DNA from: Guillardia theta CCMP2712
Taxonomy: Eukaryota > Protista > Cryptophyta
Direction: 5' to 3'
DNA: 64,000 nucleotides
Assembly (NCBI RefSeq): GCF_000315625.1
Contig: NW_005434537.1
Coordinates: forward strand, 13,171-77,170
In this document: positions 50,764 to 63,272 of the stretch, piece after piece
How positions within the stretch are numbered: position 1 is the first letter of the stretch
How the letters are laid out: each line of letters starts with the position of its first letter
The notes under the pieces: model-generated
The model's input: only the letters and a program-made list of their open reading frames with translations
Told to the model about the DNA's origin: nothing
Database searches by the model: none
Translations under genes and position numbers: made by a program

Positions 50764-53700
50764 ATGTCCGGATACAATACTCGACTCGCAGCTCGCATGC
50801 TGGACGAGAATGCTACGGATACTTTGGAACATGACTGGCAATCTGCTGCCGGCATTGACGACGATCTTCGTCCCGAATCGACCGAGGATCGGTCGCTCCA
50901 AAACATGTCTGCCGCGCTGCTGGAGGTCCAGCAGCGGTTGAACGCTCTCGAAGCTCCTGCTTCTTCTGAGGCGGTCCCGCCCGCCGCTCTCAAGCCTGGA
51001 CCGCCCCCCATCTCCTCGCGTGACGGTCCTCAGCTGGTCTCTCTGGCTGATCAGCAATTGCTTGCTAAGTTGCGCAATCTCCCCAAGTTGGATACTGCCC
51101 GCCAAACTAGCGCCAACAATGTCCTGACATGGGTTCAAACCATTCAGTACTCCTTTGCTGTGTATGGTATCCCCCGAGCCAACTGGGTTGTCCATACCCT
51201 CGATTTACTGGATGCTCCAGTCCGCCAACACTTCGTGGCCAAGTACCCGCCAGAGACCTTTCGCCGCATGGAGTGGGATACATTTTCAGAGGAAATTCGT
51301 GAAAAATTCCTGCCTCCTCACCTGCTGTCGAATCTCATTCACCAACTCGACAATTTGAATCAAGACCGTCAGGAATCTCTTGCTTCGTATGCTGCCCGAA
51401 CCCTGACCTTAATCGAGCAACTTCAGCTCCTTCCGGATGGTAAATTATTTGCGACGTCCTCACTGGTCTGCAAACGGTTCATTAATGGTGTCCGATCGCA
51501 TATGACTGCTCTACTCTTGAATCAGTGGGTGACTCTACAGCGTTCGAATGATGTTGACTTCCGTCAGCTCAGGGAGTACGCGCTCAAGATCGACAATCAG
51601 ACCAGAACCAAAGACCATTCGACGGGAGCAGATCCCCACCGGCAGCTCTACTCCGTGCAGGTGGGCAATCGCTCCTCTAATTCTAATGATCGCAAGAGTC
51701 GTCCTTCTGGCAAGGCTTCGGCCTTCAAAGAGCGCCGTGCTGCTCGGCAGGACGCCAGGAGTGCGGGAGACTCCTCGTCCCCAAACCCATCGACCAATGC
51801 CATCCGTTGTTACAACTGTGGCAAACTCGGACATCGATCTTCCGAGTGTCGTCGTACCCGCCGCAGTCAGAGTCCTGAACGTGAGCAGTCGTCCGACTCC
51901 TCCTCTCCGCCTCTGCTTGGCGCTGTTCAGACTTCCGACGACCGCAAGGCTGCTCCGTCCGTTGCAGCTAACAAGATTGCTGCTCGCTCGAAGACGCCTA
52001 AGCGCCGTCCTCAGGTGCATTTTGCTGAAGAACTGGAAGATGAAGTGCCTCTGGACGGTGATGCTCTCGAGGTACATTTGCATCCGATTGCACTCCATTC
52101 CCTTGGCTCTCAGGAGCACGGGGCGTCTTCAGGATCGCTTCTCTATCTGCCCATTGTACCACTCACCTCTCCGGTGCCAGCTGCTACTTCCGAGATCCTG
52201 GCTTTGCTTGACTCGGGTGCTGAGATCAGTGTGATCTCGCGTCAGGTTGCGCGACAGCTCCAATTGACCACACAGCGTATTCCCGCCACGCTCACCGCTC
52301 AGTTCGCGCATGGCGACGCCAAGGTCGTGCTTCGTGAAACCTGTCTCCTGCCGTTTCGCATTGCAGGTACCAACGTTCGAACGCAAGAAACGTTCTTCAT
52401 TCTGGACTCTCCAGCATCACTGCCGGCGATCTTGTCCCAACCGTTCATTGCCAAGATGAAAATGAATATCGACTTTCATTCCAAGCTCGTTACTATTCCA
52501 ACGCAGGATGGTACTGCGGGGCGTCAACGCCTTCCGCTCGCATTTCACATCCCTGGTCCTGGCTCCGCGGCTATGCGGCAAGCCCAGTGTTTGATTTTTC
52601 CCTGGCATGCGGACTGGAACACGCTTCAGCCTCCTCCACCTGAGGATATGATGCCCTGGGTCATGGCGACCGTCTCCTCGCCTGTTTCTACCAGTTCGTT
52701 GGTCTCTCAGGTCGCCTCGTCGGACTCGCCGCTCGCAGCTCAGGCCTTGCAGGAGCTACTCGAGGATTTTTCCGATGTTCTGGTGGACGAACTACCAATC
52801 CAGCCACCTGTCTCGCGGGGGCAGTATGACGTTGTCCTTCGGGTTCCTGATGACGTTCGTCCAATTCGTCGTCGTCCCTACCGACTTCCTGCGACGCTCC
52901 AGGAGGAGCTCGCTAAAACGATCGACTTCTTGTTGGCACGTGGCATCATCGAACGGAACAATGATGTCATGTGGCAGAGTCCCGTCATCTTTGTTCGCAA
53001 AGGTCTTTCCTCTGAAGGAGTCCCTCAATTTCGTTTTTGTATTGATTATCGAGGAGTCAACAATCACCTCCTCGACGACAGTTTTCCGCCTCCCGTCCCC
53101 ACCGAGCTCATGGAACGGATCGGGCGGGTGCTCTCGCAGCGTACTGAGTCCAGTACGGATACCCTCTACTTCAGCAAGCTGGATATGGCCTCGGGATTCT
53201 GGCAGCTAGCTCTCACTCCTGACAGCTCTCAATATACTGGGTTTGTTACTGAACAAGGATCCTACCAATTCCGCGCTCTGCCCTTTGGTCTGAAAACGGC
53301 CACAGCTGCCTTCCAGAAGTTCTCACAGGGCATCCTTGCAGGTATGGCCAACGTCTTAGTCTACGTCGATGATGTCTTACTCTTTTCCATGGGTAATCCT
53401 CGTTCACACCTACAGCAGGTGCGTCTCCTACTGGAGCGCCTCCGCCACCACCAGGTCTTCGTTAAACGGACTCGGTCTGCTGAGACTGCTTTTGCCGCGC
53501 TCAAGACAGCTCTTACGCAGGCTCCAGTCTTGTCTCACTTCCGTTCTGATCGGCTGACCATCCTGTACACAGACGCTAGCGACCTGGCCATTGGAGCCGC
53601 GCTTCATCAGATCGATGAAAACAACGAGGAACATCCCGTTGCATTCTATGGCAAGAAACTCTCCTCCGCCGAACGCAATTACTCCACCTATGAGCGTGAG

Positions 53701-54426
53701 CTTCTTGCTCTCAAGGAAAGTCTCCGCCATTTTTCCTACTACTTGATTGGTCGTCGCTTTCGTGTATGTACCGATCACCACAGCTTGATCAGGTTGAACA
53801 CCCAGTCTGAACTCTCTCCCCGCCTGGCTCGTTGGTTGTCTACCTTCCTTCAGTACGACATGGAGATCCACCACATCCCTGGCGAAACTAACGTCGTTGC
53901 TGATGCCCTCAGTCGGATCTCAGGCGACTCGCCTGCTCCATCGTTCGCTCCCCAATCACCCGCTGATCTGACTCAGGCTCATGAGCGCGCTATGCGTGCT
54001 GAAGACATTGCTCGGGATCTTCTCGTTGGCCTTCATACCGTTCAGATGCTTACGGATTCCTCGTTCGTCTCCCAACTGATGCAGAACTACTCCACCTGTC
54101 CTGATTTTCAGGTTTTATACCAATTGGGCAAAGACGGTGAATTGCTTGGCCAACCGGGTTGTCGTCATTTTGAATTTTCGGATGACTTGCTCTACTATGT
54201 TGACTCTACCGGCAGGACGAGGATCTGTGTTCCTACCGCTATCCGCGCGGCTGTACTACGCCTTGCACACGATGATGCCGGACATGTTGGTTCTGACAAG
54301 ACCTACCTCTCACTTGTTGCCAAAGTCTACTGGAATAACATGAAGCGTGACGTGGAAAATTACGTGCATTCCTGCCTCATTTGCCAGGCTGCGAAGAACT
54401 ACAAACAGAAACCCATCGGTTTGCCC
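50764..54426 (+). CDS. gag-pol: Gag-Pol: capsid, zinc knuckle, aspartic protease, RT (in-frame deletion), RNase H, integrase Zn finger
   Basis: CYNCGKLGHRSSEC, ALLDSGA, YVDD, YTDAS, H..GH..C..C. The frame shifts at about 54424-54426. Confidence 0.93.
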
Positions 54427-55667
54427 AAGAGCATGACGTTCCTGCTGACAAATTTGACGTCATCTCCGTCGATCTACTCAGCGGACTTCCGACTACCTCC
54501 CAAGGTCATGATTCTCTCTTCGTCATGTTGGACTCGTTCTCGCAACATGTCACGCTGGCTCCAACTCACAAGTCTGCTACGACCCAGGAACTTGTGGATT
54601 TATTTCTCCAATACTTCTATCGCACTCGTGGTCTTCCTGCTGCGATCCTTTCGGATAATGGGCCAAATGTCTCCTCGCATTTTTGGGACACAGTATTTCA
54701 GACGCTAGGCGTTCAGGTACGCCACTCCTCCAAGTACTATCCCCAGGCCAATGGTCGCGTTGAACGGATCAATGCAACCATTCTGGATATGCTCCGCACT
54801 AAACTCGCTCAGGGTTCATCTGAATGGACAGTCCATCTTCCATTCATTGAGTTTGCCCTCAATCATGCTCCCCGTCGTGAAACAGGGTTATCTGCCTTTC
54901 AAGTGGAATACGGCAAGAATCCGCGCTCAGTTATGGACTTGACCCTTGATCAGGTTCTTCCTCAAGCCCGCACGACTGTCGACAACATACGTGCAGGTGA
55001 AAACCTTGTTCGAGATACCTTGGCCTCGATCGCCAATCGAGCAGAGACGCGTCTACTTCCTTCTCGCCGCCCGCTTCGCTGGCAAGTTGGTGATTTGGTC
55101 TGGATCGACGCGCGTTTATTCAATCAGCAGTTTGAAATTCGCAAATTTCGAGATCGATACATTGGTCCTTTCCCAATCACCGAGGTTTGCAACAACAACA
55201 ATTATCGAGTTGATGTTCGCCAGCGCTTCCCTCGCATGGATCAAGATGTTTTTAATGCCAAGTTCCTACGCCCCCATGTGCGCAGGAAAGATCATTTGCA
55301 ACAGCCTGTGGTTTCCCAACCTGTCCCTGGATTCTACGAAGTGGCTCGCATCATCAATCATCGTCAACGTAATGGTGCGAAGCAATATCTGGTTCGTTGG
55401 AAGGGATTTTCCTCCGCCGACGACACTTGGGAACCTGTTGCCCATCTCTCGCGTACACCGGCGCTCCGTCAGTTGCTTCAGAAATATGAACAGCATCGCA
55501 CGAGCCAAGATGCTTCTGCAGCGTCGTGCGCCTCTCAATTAGGAATTTTACGTGCTGCGCCTGGAGCGTGTCAGAAGAAAAACAGATTTGACAAGCTGAG
55601 AAAGCGAAGTTTTCTGAGTCCTGAGCACTCCAAGAAAGCGCAGAGAAGAGCGTGTCAGAGCTCATAG
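54427..55667 (+). CDS. pol: Integrase core and chromodomain, frameshifted continuation of pol
   Basis: SVDLL / SDNG / ERIN DDE triad, GPF motif, YEVARII..YLVRWKGF..DDTWEP chromodomain. Confidence 0.93.
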
Positions 55668-56287
55668 GAACCGAGCCCGAGTCAGACAAAGGCCTATCAG
55701 GATGAAAGGACAGTTGGCTGTCTCGTACTCGTGTTCGAAGCTGACTTCTCCTGGATGACCCAGGATACTCTACTCCAGTGTGAAGCTGCTGAAAGGACCC
55801 CTGTGGAGGCCTTTGTTGCAGCAACCGTGTACCCGTGGGGGACTTACAAGGTAAACAGAAGGGGTGCGTCTTGTGCAGTACGACCCGTTGGAAACAGCTT
55901 GCTGCCATGCAAGGACGGGGTTCTCTTCCCTGCGAGAGAGCATGGTATCCTCTCGAAGGTCAGAAGGGATGCTTGTCAACTTCCAAGAACAGGACACCCC
56001 TCCTTTCTGTAGCCAAGAGACGGCACCCCTGGCTCATTCCTCGAAGCTATAAAAGGATGAAACTCGTCAGAGCTAGGTGGTCCTCTTCCCCTTTCGTGTG
56101 TGTGCCACGATTGTTGAGACGTCTTTGTGTGTATCGTCTTGTCTTGTTTTGTGTGTGTGTGTGAAAGAAATAAAAGAGAGTTAGATCTCCTTCTGTTTCA
56201 CCGCTTTCCCTCTTAGTAGAGAAATCCAACGTGAGTTCTTATTGAACTGCGCTTGAAGGTCCACTCGAGAATCTTCGAGGTGTGACA
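55653..56287 (+). repeat. 3' LTR
   Basis: Near-identical to the 5' LTR (two substitutions seen by eye). Confidence 0.95.
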
Positions 56288-56762
56288 CCCATGGGGAAGA
56301 AAACCTCCCTTGACCCCCCTGTTTCTCGACGGATCCTGCCGGCCGGGCCCGTCAGTAGACCGACTGCAGCCTTCAGCCCCGCCTCAGACCCCCTGGAGGC
56401 CCGCCAGGAGGCTAAGTGTCCGGAGATTGGCCGGGGGCCTGATCTCTCCGGGCGGCCGTGACCGGTCAGCGGACCGTGTCAGCAGGCCCGTGACATGTCA
56501 GCCGGCTGACAGGGGCCGTGACCCGGCTGACAGGCTCACCTGACCGGTCACGTGACACATCACGTGACCGAGACAAGACTTTTTTATATCGCAGATCCAA
56601 AAACCCATAGGACATTTCTCCCAGGGGGAAGAAAACCTCCCTTGACCCCCCTGTTTCTCGACGGATCCTGCCGGCCGGGCCGGTCAGTAGACCGACTGCA
56701 GCCTTCAGCCCCGCCTCAGACCCCCTGGAGGCCCGCCAGGAGGCTAAGTGTCCGGAGATTGG
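56288..56762 (+). repeat. ~332-bp satellite, about 1.4 monomers
   Basis: Resumes in register after the 3' LTR. Confidence 0.95.
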
Positions 56763-56802
56763 GACCTTGGCAGATGAGTTTCAATAAAGAAAACCTCTAG
56801 CG

Positions 56803-57829
56803 TTAGTCGTTCCCTTTCAGCATGTTCATCAGATAATCTGGGATGTTCATACCCCTGTCATGAAAAGCCAGAAAGGCGTTCATCGCATCGGCCGCCCGCT
56901 GCGCGCGAATAGCTTCCGCATTTATTCGGTCTGCCTGGGCCTTGATGATGTCTGCCTCGGCCTTGAGGACCTGTGCCTTCCCAAACTGCTCCATAACGGT
57001 TCTGTCGTTTGCCTGAGAGGTCTCCAGTAGATCGCACAGGCGGTCTTGCTGACTGAGAACGCCCCCAACATGGTCGGAGGACGGGCTGCCGCTTTTGCGG
57101 TTGGACCCTTTTCCGTTGGGATACAGAGCTGGATCCTGCTTGGCGCGCTTCTGTAGACCGAAAGACAGAATTATCCTCCTCGGAACTCGGATCTACAGGC
57201 TCGGGGGAGGGAGTTAAGCACTGCTCAGTCTGTGCTGCGATGTTATAACCACAACGTTTAGCGGTGGTCTCCATAGCACCCTGTAGCCTCTCCCTGGCGT
57301 CATTCTCCTCATCCAGAGCATCCCTCTTCTCCCTCTCCTTCCTGTCTTTCATAGCCTTCATCCGCCCGGCCAGATCGAGCATGAGCTGGTGCATCTCTGA
57401 AAGTTCCCCGCCACCATTCTGCCACAGCTTCACCCATTTTTCCTCACCTCCGTTAGCGATTTCCTCAGCATGTTTCTCAATCTTGCGCCATTTGTCCTTC
57501 AAGGTGTTCAACTTCAGCTGCCCTGCAAACACAGGATGCCCGTTGAGCGCCTCCTGAGCCTCCTTCAGCGTCTTCTCCTTCTTCCCCCATTCAAATATGG
57601 CACCATCGTTGTATTGCATGACACATTTGATGATCTCCACCATGCGCTGTTCCCCATCCCCCTTGAATTGCATGGCCGCATGGGACAGTTCAGATGGCTC
57701 TCCCACGCCTAGTGCATTAGGTCCTTCATCGCCTGTTCCAACACGTAGTGGAGCGCCGTGGGGATCTTCAGCCTGCATAGGTTGCCGTGGAGTGCCGTGG
57801 GGATCTTCAGCCTGTATAGGTTGCTGCAT
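56803..57829 (-). CDS. Myb/SANT-like (trihelix) protein with a coiled coil, probably transposon-derived; C-terminus in a second frame (intron or frameshift)
   Basis: ..AQEALN..LKLNTLKDKWRKI resembles the Myb-like partner protein of PIF/Harbinger elements; ORFs 56858..57859 and 56803..56994. Confidence 0.45.
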
Positions 57830-58160
57830 GGTTGATGCGCGCGCAATTGGTGAAGACAAGAATTTGAAATTAAATTCGCGTTGTAAGCTCGCGGTACATC
57901 AAATTGGCCTCTGGTACAAATTATTCATCGTACATTAAATGGCCTCTGGTACAACAATTTCATTGTACATTAATTCGAAAAGCTCTCGTTTCAAAAGTCG
58001 GTGGAAATGCAATTGTGGGTGCATTCCACCAACTTTTGAGTTTGCAATTCTGGGTCCGAGGTCCCATATTTGCTTTACTCAATTTTTGGATGTACCAGCA
58101 TTCCACCTGTAATTGGCGTACCGAACACGCCTACTTGTATTATTAGTCTGTTAGCCGATT

Positions 58161-58613
58161 ATGATTTGTCAACATCATCGCAGGAAAACTGTATGCATAA
58201 TTTGTGTTGGTGGCAGTATTTGTATTCATTTCAAGCGAAGAACGTTATGCAGACTGTGTGGTGGTGGAAGTATTTGTCTTCATCAACGACGTCGTTCAAG
58301 ATGTACAGAATGTGCCCTGCAAGCAATGAAAACTAAAACCAATGACAACTTCGTAACGTCTCTCGTCACGAAAGAACCTATACAACAACCTGAGTCCAGA
58401 ATACAACACATATCCACAAAATCCCGAGTATCACCTGTTCGTCGTGTTTGTGAGCATGCAAGACGAAAGTCTACTTGCAAACTATGCGGTGGGATCAGCC
58501 TGTGTGAACATGGAAGGCTGCGGACAATTTGCAAAGACTGCCATGGTGGAAGTATCTGTGAGCATTACAGGAGGAGAACCCAATGCAAACATTGTGGAGG
58601 TGGAAGTATATGA
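58161..58613 (+). CDS. Tandem CxH-x5-CxxC-GG zinc-binding repeat protein (6 units)
   Basis: CQHHRRKTVCIICVGGSI, CEHGRLRTICKDCHGGSI and similar units. Confidence 0.7.
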   Translation: MICQHHRRKTVCIICVGGSICIHFKRRTLCRLCGGGSICLHQRRRSRCTECALQAMKTKTNDNFVTSLVTKEPIQQPESRIQHISTKSRVSPVRRVCEHARRKSTCKLCGGISLCEHGRLRTICKDCHGGSICEHYRRRTQCKHCGGGSI

Positions 58614-59515
58614 GTGCTCAACAATTACGCTCTAATATTTAAATTCTTCGAACCGGGAGATTTTTCATTTACGAACATTGGAAGCTCCAAGGATTTGATG
58701 CACACCCTTGATTCTTTGTCAAGCGAAAGGTTTGTATGTTAGTACTGGTACACTCATTATATCATGCTTTGAATTGTACCAAGATCCTCGTGGGTGAAAA
58801 CATCAAGAAAGTGAGTGCCAGCTTTTCTTATTATGAGATCACAATCGAAGAATTTTCGACCAAAATCATACCAAACATGCTTCAGGAATTCCTGAAAATC
58901 CTAAGCGTTTTCGATTTGCTAATCAAAAAATATTGCTAGTCAGCGACCATCGATTCTGCTGTCATAAGCGTTGTAAGCACGAAGAAAGGGATTTGGTCGA
59001 ATGGTCTCTTTCTTTCTATAACGTTGCGGATTAAACTTGTTGTATGCGTGACATTTCAATCCTCCCGTGAATGCTGACTTCGTGCAGTTGACAGCACAAA
59101 TAGTCCTAGACAAACTTACCGGGTGTTTGCTACCAACATTTAATTCAAAAAATCGTTCTTGTCACGACTTAAGCTTCGCAAAGAATCCAGGCTAGCTCAA
59201 AAATCTTATTTCTTTTCCTGGATGATCCACTAGTACCGCAGAGTGAGCAGGAGACGCAATCTCAGCGCAAGCCTTCGTAGAATGCACGACTGCCAATTAT
59301 GAACACTTGCCATAAAATTGTCAACCAGGTGAGACAAATTTACAATATATGAAAACACATAATAAGTGATATTATTCGTGAAGCCTTCATTCATAACAGG
59401 ATTATATGGTTGCAAAATTTGACAGGAAGGTTGGTGGACTGCTTCATATTAAGAATTGTTACATTCTGTAGCAACTTGATTGTTTTCTTAATTTAACCCT
59501 ATTGCAACATATCAT

Positions 59516-59722
59516 GGACTTTGCGGCGTAGCAGAGACCCAACGAGGACAAGATTGCAGCGCCTATCGCCTGCAATGCACGCGCGGGGCCCGCAGCTCTC
59601 GATTGAGCCTAAGATCACCTCCATCCGACCAGTATTAGCCGAGATATGCCCGATCAAGTCCCCGGAGAGCCATGGGCGATCAGCGGGTGAAGCGGGACTT
59701 TGCGGCGTAGCAGAGACCCAAC
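59516..59722. repeat. 28-bp direct repeat pair, 179 bp apart
   Basis: ggactttgcggcgtagcagagacccaac at 59516 and 59695. Confidence 0.85.
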
Positions 59723-60336
59723 CATAGCGTTGACATTTTGCTTTTTCTGATTTGGGCTGTATGTCTTCCCGTGAGGGGGTTGTTCTGCTTTCTATGTAGA
59801 TTGGGGGGTGGCGTGTTTGAGGATTTGAAACAGGGTCCAAATTTCAGGTTTATAACTCTGATGTTGTTTTCCAATAAGATATTTTAGACTGTATTGTGGA
59901 ATGGTTGAGTATAAACCGAGAAGTAGGGCTGCACCCCAGAAGTTACACTGAGATCATGGGGTAGTCTACTAACTTATTTGTAGAGCCTTCTTATGGTACA
60001 ATTTTATAAACAAGTTTGAACGACCTCTCTCAGTACACGCCATGAGCCTCCCCTTGTTCGGGGCACGTCGCACCGCTCTGTACTGCCCTAACCATGGCTC
60101 GCAAACAGCGAGCCCGCGGCAGCGTGTGCAGACATCAGATGTTCACCGAACATCCTCATGGGAAATTCCTAAGGTGTAGAGATGATGATCCTTGAGGAGT
60201 GCTTCGTACAGTGCGTGGATCTCACGAAAATCGTTTGGTGAGCGAAGAGCATCAATAATACAAGTGAAAATCACCATCACAGGGATACGTTGCAATCGAA
60301 ACCGGGTTGTGAAATACCCTAAGCTATCTGCGATGC

Positions 60337-61445
60337 TGTCAGAGCTCATAGGAACCGAGCCCGAGTCAGACAAAGGCCTATCAGGATGAAAGGACAGTTG
60401 GCTGTCTCGTACTCGTGTTCGAAGCTGACTTCTCCTGGATGACCCAGGATACTCTACTCCAGTGTGAAGCTGCTGAAAGGACCCCTGTGGAGGCCTTTGT
60501 TGCAGCAACCGTGTACCCGTGGGGGACTTACAAGGTAAACAGAAGGGGTGCGTCTTGTGCAGTACGACCCGTTGGAAGCAGCTTGCTGCCATGCAAGGAC
60601 GGGGTTCTCTTATCGTCTTGTCTTGTTTTGTGTGTGTGTGTGAAAGAAATAAAAGAGAGATAGATCTCCTTCTGTTTCACCGCTTTCCCTCTTAGTAGAG
60701 AAATCCAACGTGAGTTCTTATATGAACTGCGCTTGAAGGTCCACTCGAGAATCTTCGAGGTGTGACATAAAATTGGTAGCAAGGTTGTGATCGGTGATAG
60801 AGATCGAGTCTTCTCTCTCCTCCTCCCTTTCTCCACTGTTCTTCTGCTTCTTCCTACGCTTACGTCGCGTAGATGTCCGGATACAATACTCGACTCGCAG
60901 CTCGCATGCTGGACGAGAATGCTCCGGATACTTTGGAACATGACTGGCAATCTGCTGCCGGCGTTGACGACGATCTTCGTCCTGAATCGACCGAGGATCG
61001 GTCTTTCCAAAACATGTCTGCTGCGCTGTTGGAGGTTCAGCAGCGCCTCAGTGCTCTCGAAGGCCCCGCCTCCTCTGCGGCGGTCCCGCCCGCCGCTCTC
61101 AAGCCTGGACCGCCCCCCATCTCCTCGCGTGACGGTCCTCCGCTGGTCTCTCTGGCTGATCAGCAATTGCTTGCTAAGTTGCGCAATCTCCCCAAGTTGG
61201 ATACTGCCCGCAAACTAGCGCCAACAATGTCCTGACATGGGTTCAAACCATTCAGTACTCCTTTGCTGTGTATGGTATCCCCAACGACCGCAAGGCTGCT
61301 CCGTCCGTTGCCGCTAACAAGATTGCTGCTCGCTCGAAGACGCCTAAGCGCCGTCCTCAGGTGCATTTTGCTGAAGAACTGGAAGATGAAGTGCCTCTGG
61401 ACGGTTACGCTCTCCAGGTACACTTGCATCCGATTGCACTCCATT
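60337..61445 (+). mobile_element. Truncated, internally deleted second copy of the same gypsy element
   Basis: LTR 60337-60767 lacks about 200 bp including the TATA box. gag jumps from YGIP to DRKAAPS and ends at the satellite. Confidence 0.92.
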
Positions 61446-61845
61446 GCCCCCGGTCAATCTCCGGACACTTAGCCTCCTGGCGGGCCTCCAGGGGGTCTGA
61501 GGCGGGGCTGAAGGCTGCAGTCGGTCTACTGACCGGCCCGGCCGGCAGGATCCGTCGAGAAACAGGGGGGTCAAGGGAGGTTTTCTTCCCCCTGGGAGAA
61601 ATGTCCTATGGGTTTTTGGATCTGCGATATAAAAAAGTCTTGTCTCGGTCACGTGATGTGTCACGTGACCGGTCAGGTGAGCCTGTCAGCCGGGTCACGG
61701 CCCCTGTCAGCCGGCTGACATGTCACGGGCCTGCTGACACGGTCCGCTGACCGGTCACGGCCGCCCGGAGAGATCAGGCCCCCGGCCAATCTCCGGACAC
61801 TTAGCCTCCTGGCGGGCCTCCAGGGGGTCTGAGGCGGGGCTGAAG
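61446..61845 (-). repeat. ~332-bp satellite in inverted orientation, about 1.2 monomers
   Basis: Reverse complement of the monomer. Confidence 0.95.
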
Positions 61846-62121
61846 CACGGGGGAGGAACTCCCAATAAAAGGGTCTAGTACCGGTATTTTTGTATGATAT
61901 TTTGGGGGTACCTTTTCAGGAGGGGGTGGGTGAGTTTGCAGGAAATCGCAATGGCAGCAAGGCGGCGACCAGGTTTAAGGATGATTAATTCAGCCTGTGC
62001 AATGATGACAATCGTGAAACCACCATAGCCTATCAGGAAATTGTAAAATCTATATCATGGTATCAATCATTTGAATTGCATCGTAGCAGTGTTTAATATT
62101 TTCCACAATACGTACTTTTTT

Positions 62122-62643
62122 CTACTTGCAGCCAGCAATGCTACGCAATCCCCGGAACCGTTGCATATTACCTGTTGATCCTTCATCCCATTGCCCTGAT
62201 TTAGCATATACTCGCTTTCGATTGTTCTTCTGCGTACTATTGTGTGGCTCCACATCATTATCAGATCCATCCCGTGCATTGAAAGCTTCACGGTCGTGCG
62301 GTTTGCTCAGGACAATTCGCTTCTTCGAATGCTCGTATACAAAAGGCAGGTTTGGATCCACCTTTTTAGATAATTCTATGCATGCCTGATTGAATTTTCT
62401 CAGAAAATCCTTCTTGTTCAGATGGCCGATCAACGACCACAGATTCTCTACACTATCCGTGCAGAGAGTTCGTGAATTGAAGTCATAGTCTCTATCACCC
62501 AGCGCATGATTCTTATCCCTCACATACTGTTGTATCCATGAGGATCCGGAACCACGGATACTCGTCGGATACTCTGCCGGATATTCCCTATATAGGCGGA
62601 CGCATCTCGTGCGGACGGCCTCCTGAATTTCCCCCACTTGCAT
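62122..62643 (-). pseudogene. Possible DNA transposase C-terminal fragment
   Basis: FNSRTLCTDSVENLWS resembles the catalytic-Glu helix of DDE transposases; weak. Confidence 0.3.
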
Positions 62644-62779
62644 GCACAGTGAGTGTGGTGGTTGTGCGTAGTTTACCTCCTAGTAAACTTAGAGACTTCT
62701 ATTTCCTGCTTCTCAATCTTCTTCATCCTTACTTTACTCGTGTCGTTGATACGTTAGCACAGTAGGTATTCAACATTCT

Positions 62780-62879
62780 NNNNNNNNNNNNNNNNNNNNN
62801 NNNNNNNNNNNNNNNNNNNNNNNNNNNNNNNNNNNNNNNNNNNNNNNNNNNNNNNNNNNNNNNNNNNNNNNNNNNNNNN
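62780..62879. other. Assembly gap (100 N)
   Basis: Run of exactly 100 N. Confidence 1.
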
Positions 62880-63272
62880 TCAGCCGGAAAGGAGCCCTCA
62901 ACCTCGATCTAAGCAATCAGGAGCATTTCAAACAGAAATTGCTGAAGAGAGTTCTGAGGAAGAAGTCGAATGGAGCGAGCGGCTGCAGCAGCAGCAGCAG
63001 CAGCTTTCTCCGAGTCAGACCAGTGGATCTTTGACTCAAACTTATAGGGATGGAGATGTACAACGTGAAGCGCTGTCTAGCGCGGATCAACGGGCCCGAA
63101 ACAAGAGGGATACTCCCTTGCGAAGTATTCTGCGATCAGAGGAGGCAACTCAGAGAGCAGCCTCCCCTGCAACATCGGTACGTCTGCCAAGCTCGGAAAA
63201 TTTTTCATCCGACCCCGTCATGTCCTCGCCAGTGGCGCAGGACCGAGCTCTTCTCCTTCTTCGTCGAATGTC

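Larger units (their letters stand above)
50024..56287 (+). mobile_element. Ty3/gypsy LTR retrotransposon with a chromodomain integrase (chromovirus-type), defective
   Basis: 635-bp TG..CA LTRs, PBS-like tggtagcaagg after the 5' LTR, purine tract before the 3' LTR, flanks cccag/cccat. Confidence 0.95.

Noticed and set aside
59722-59732. catagcgttg matching 10 nt of the TIR at 45580
   Set aside because: Too short, with no partner terminus found.
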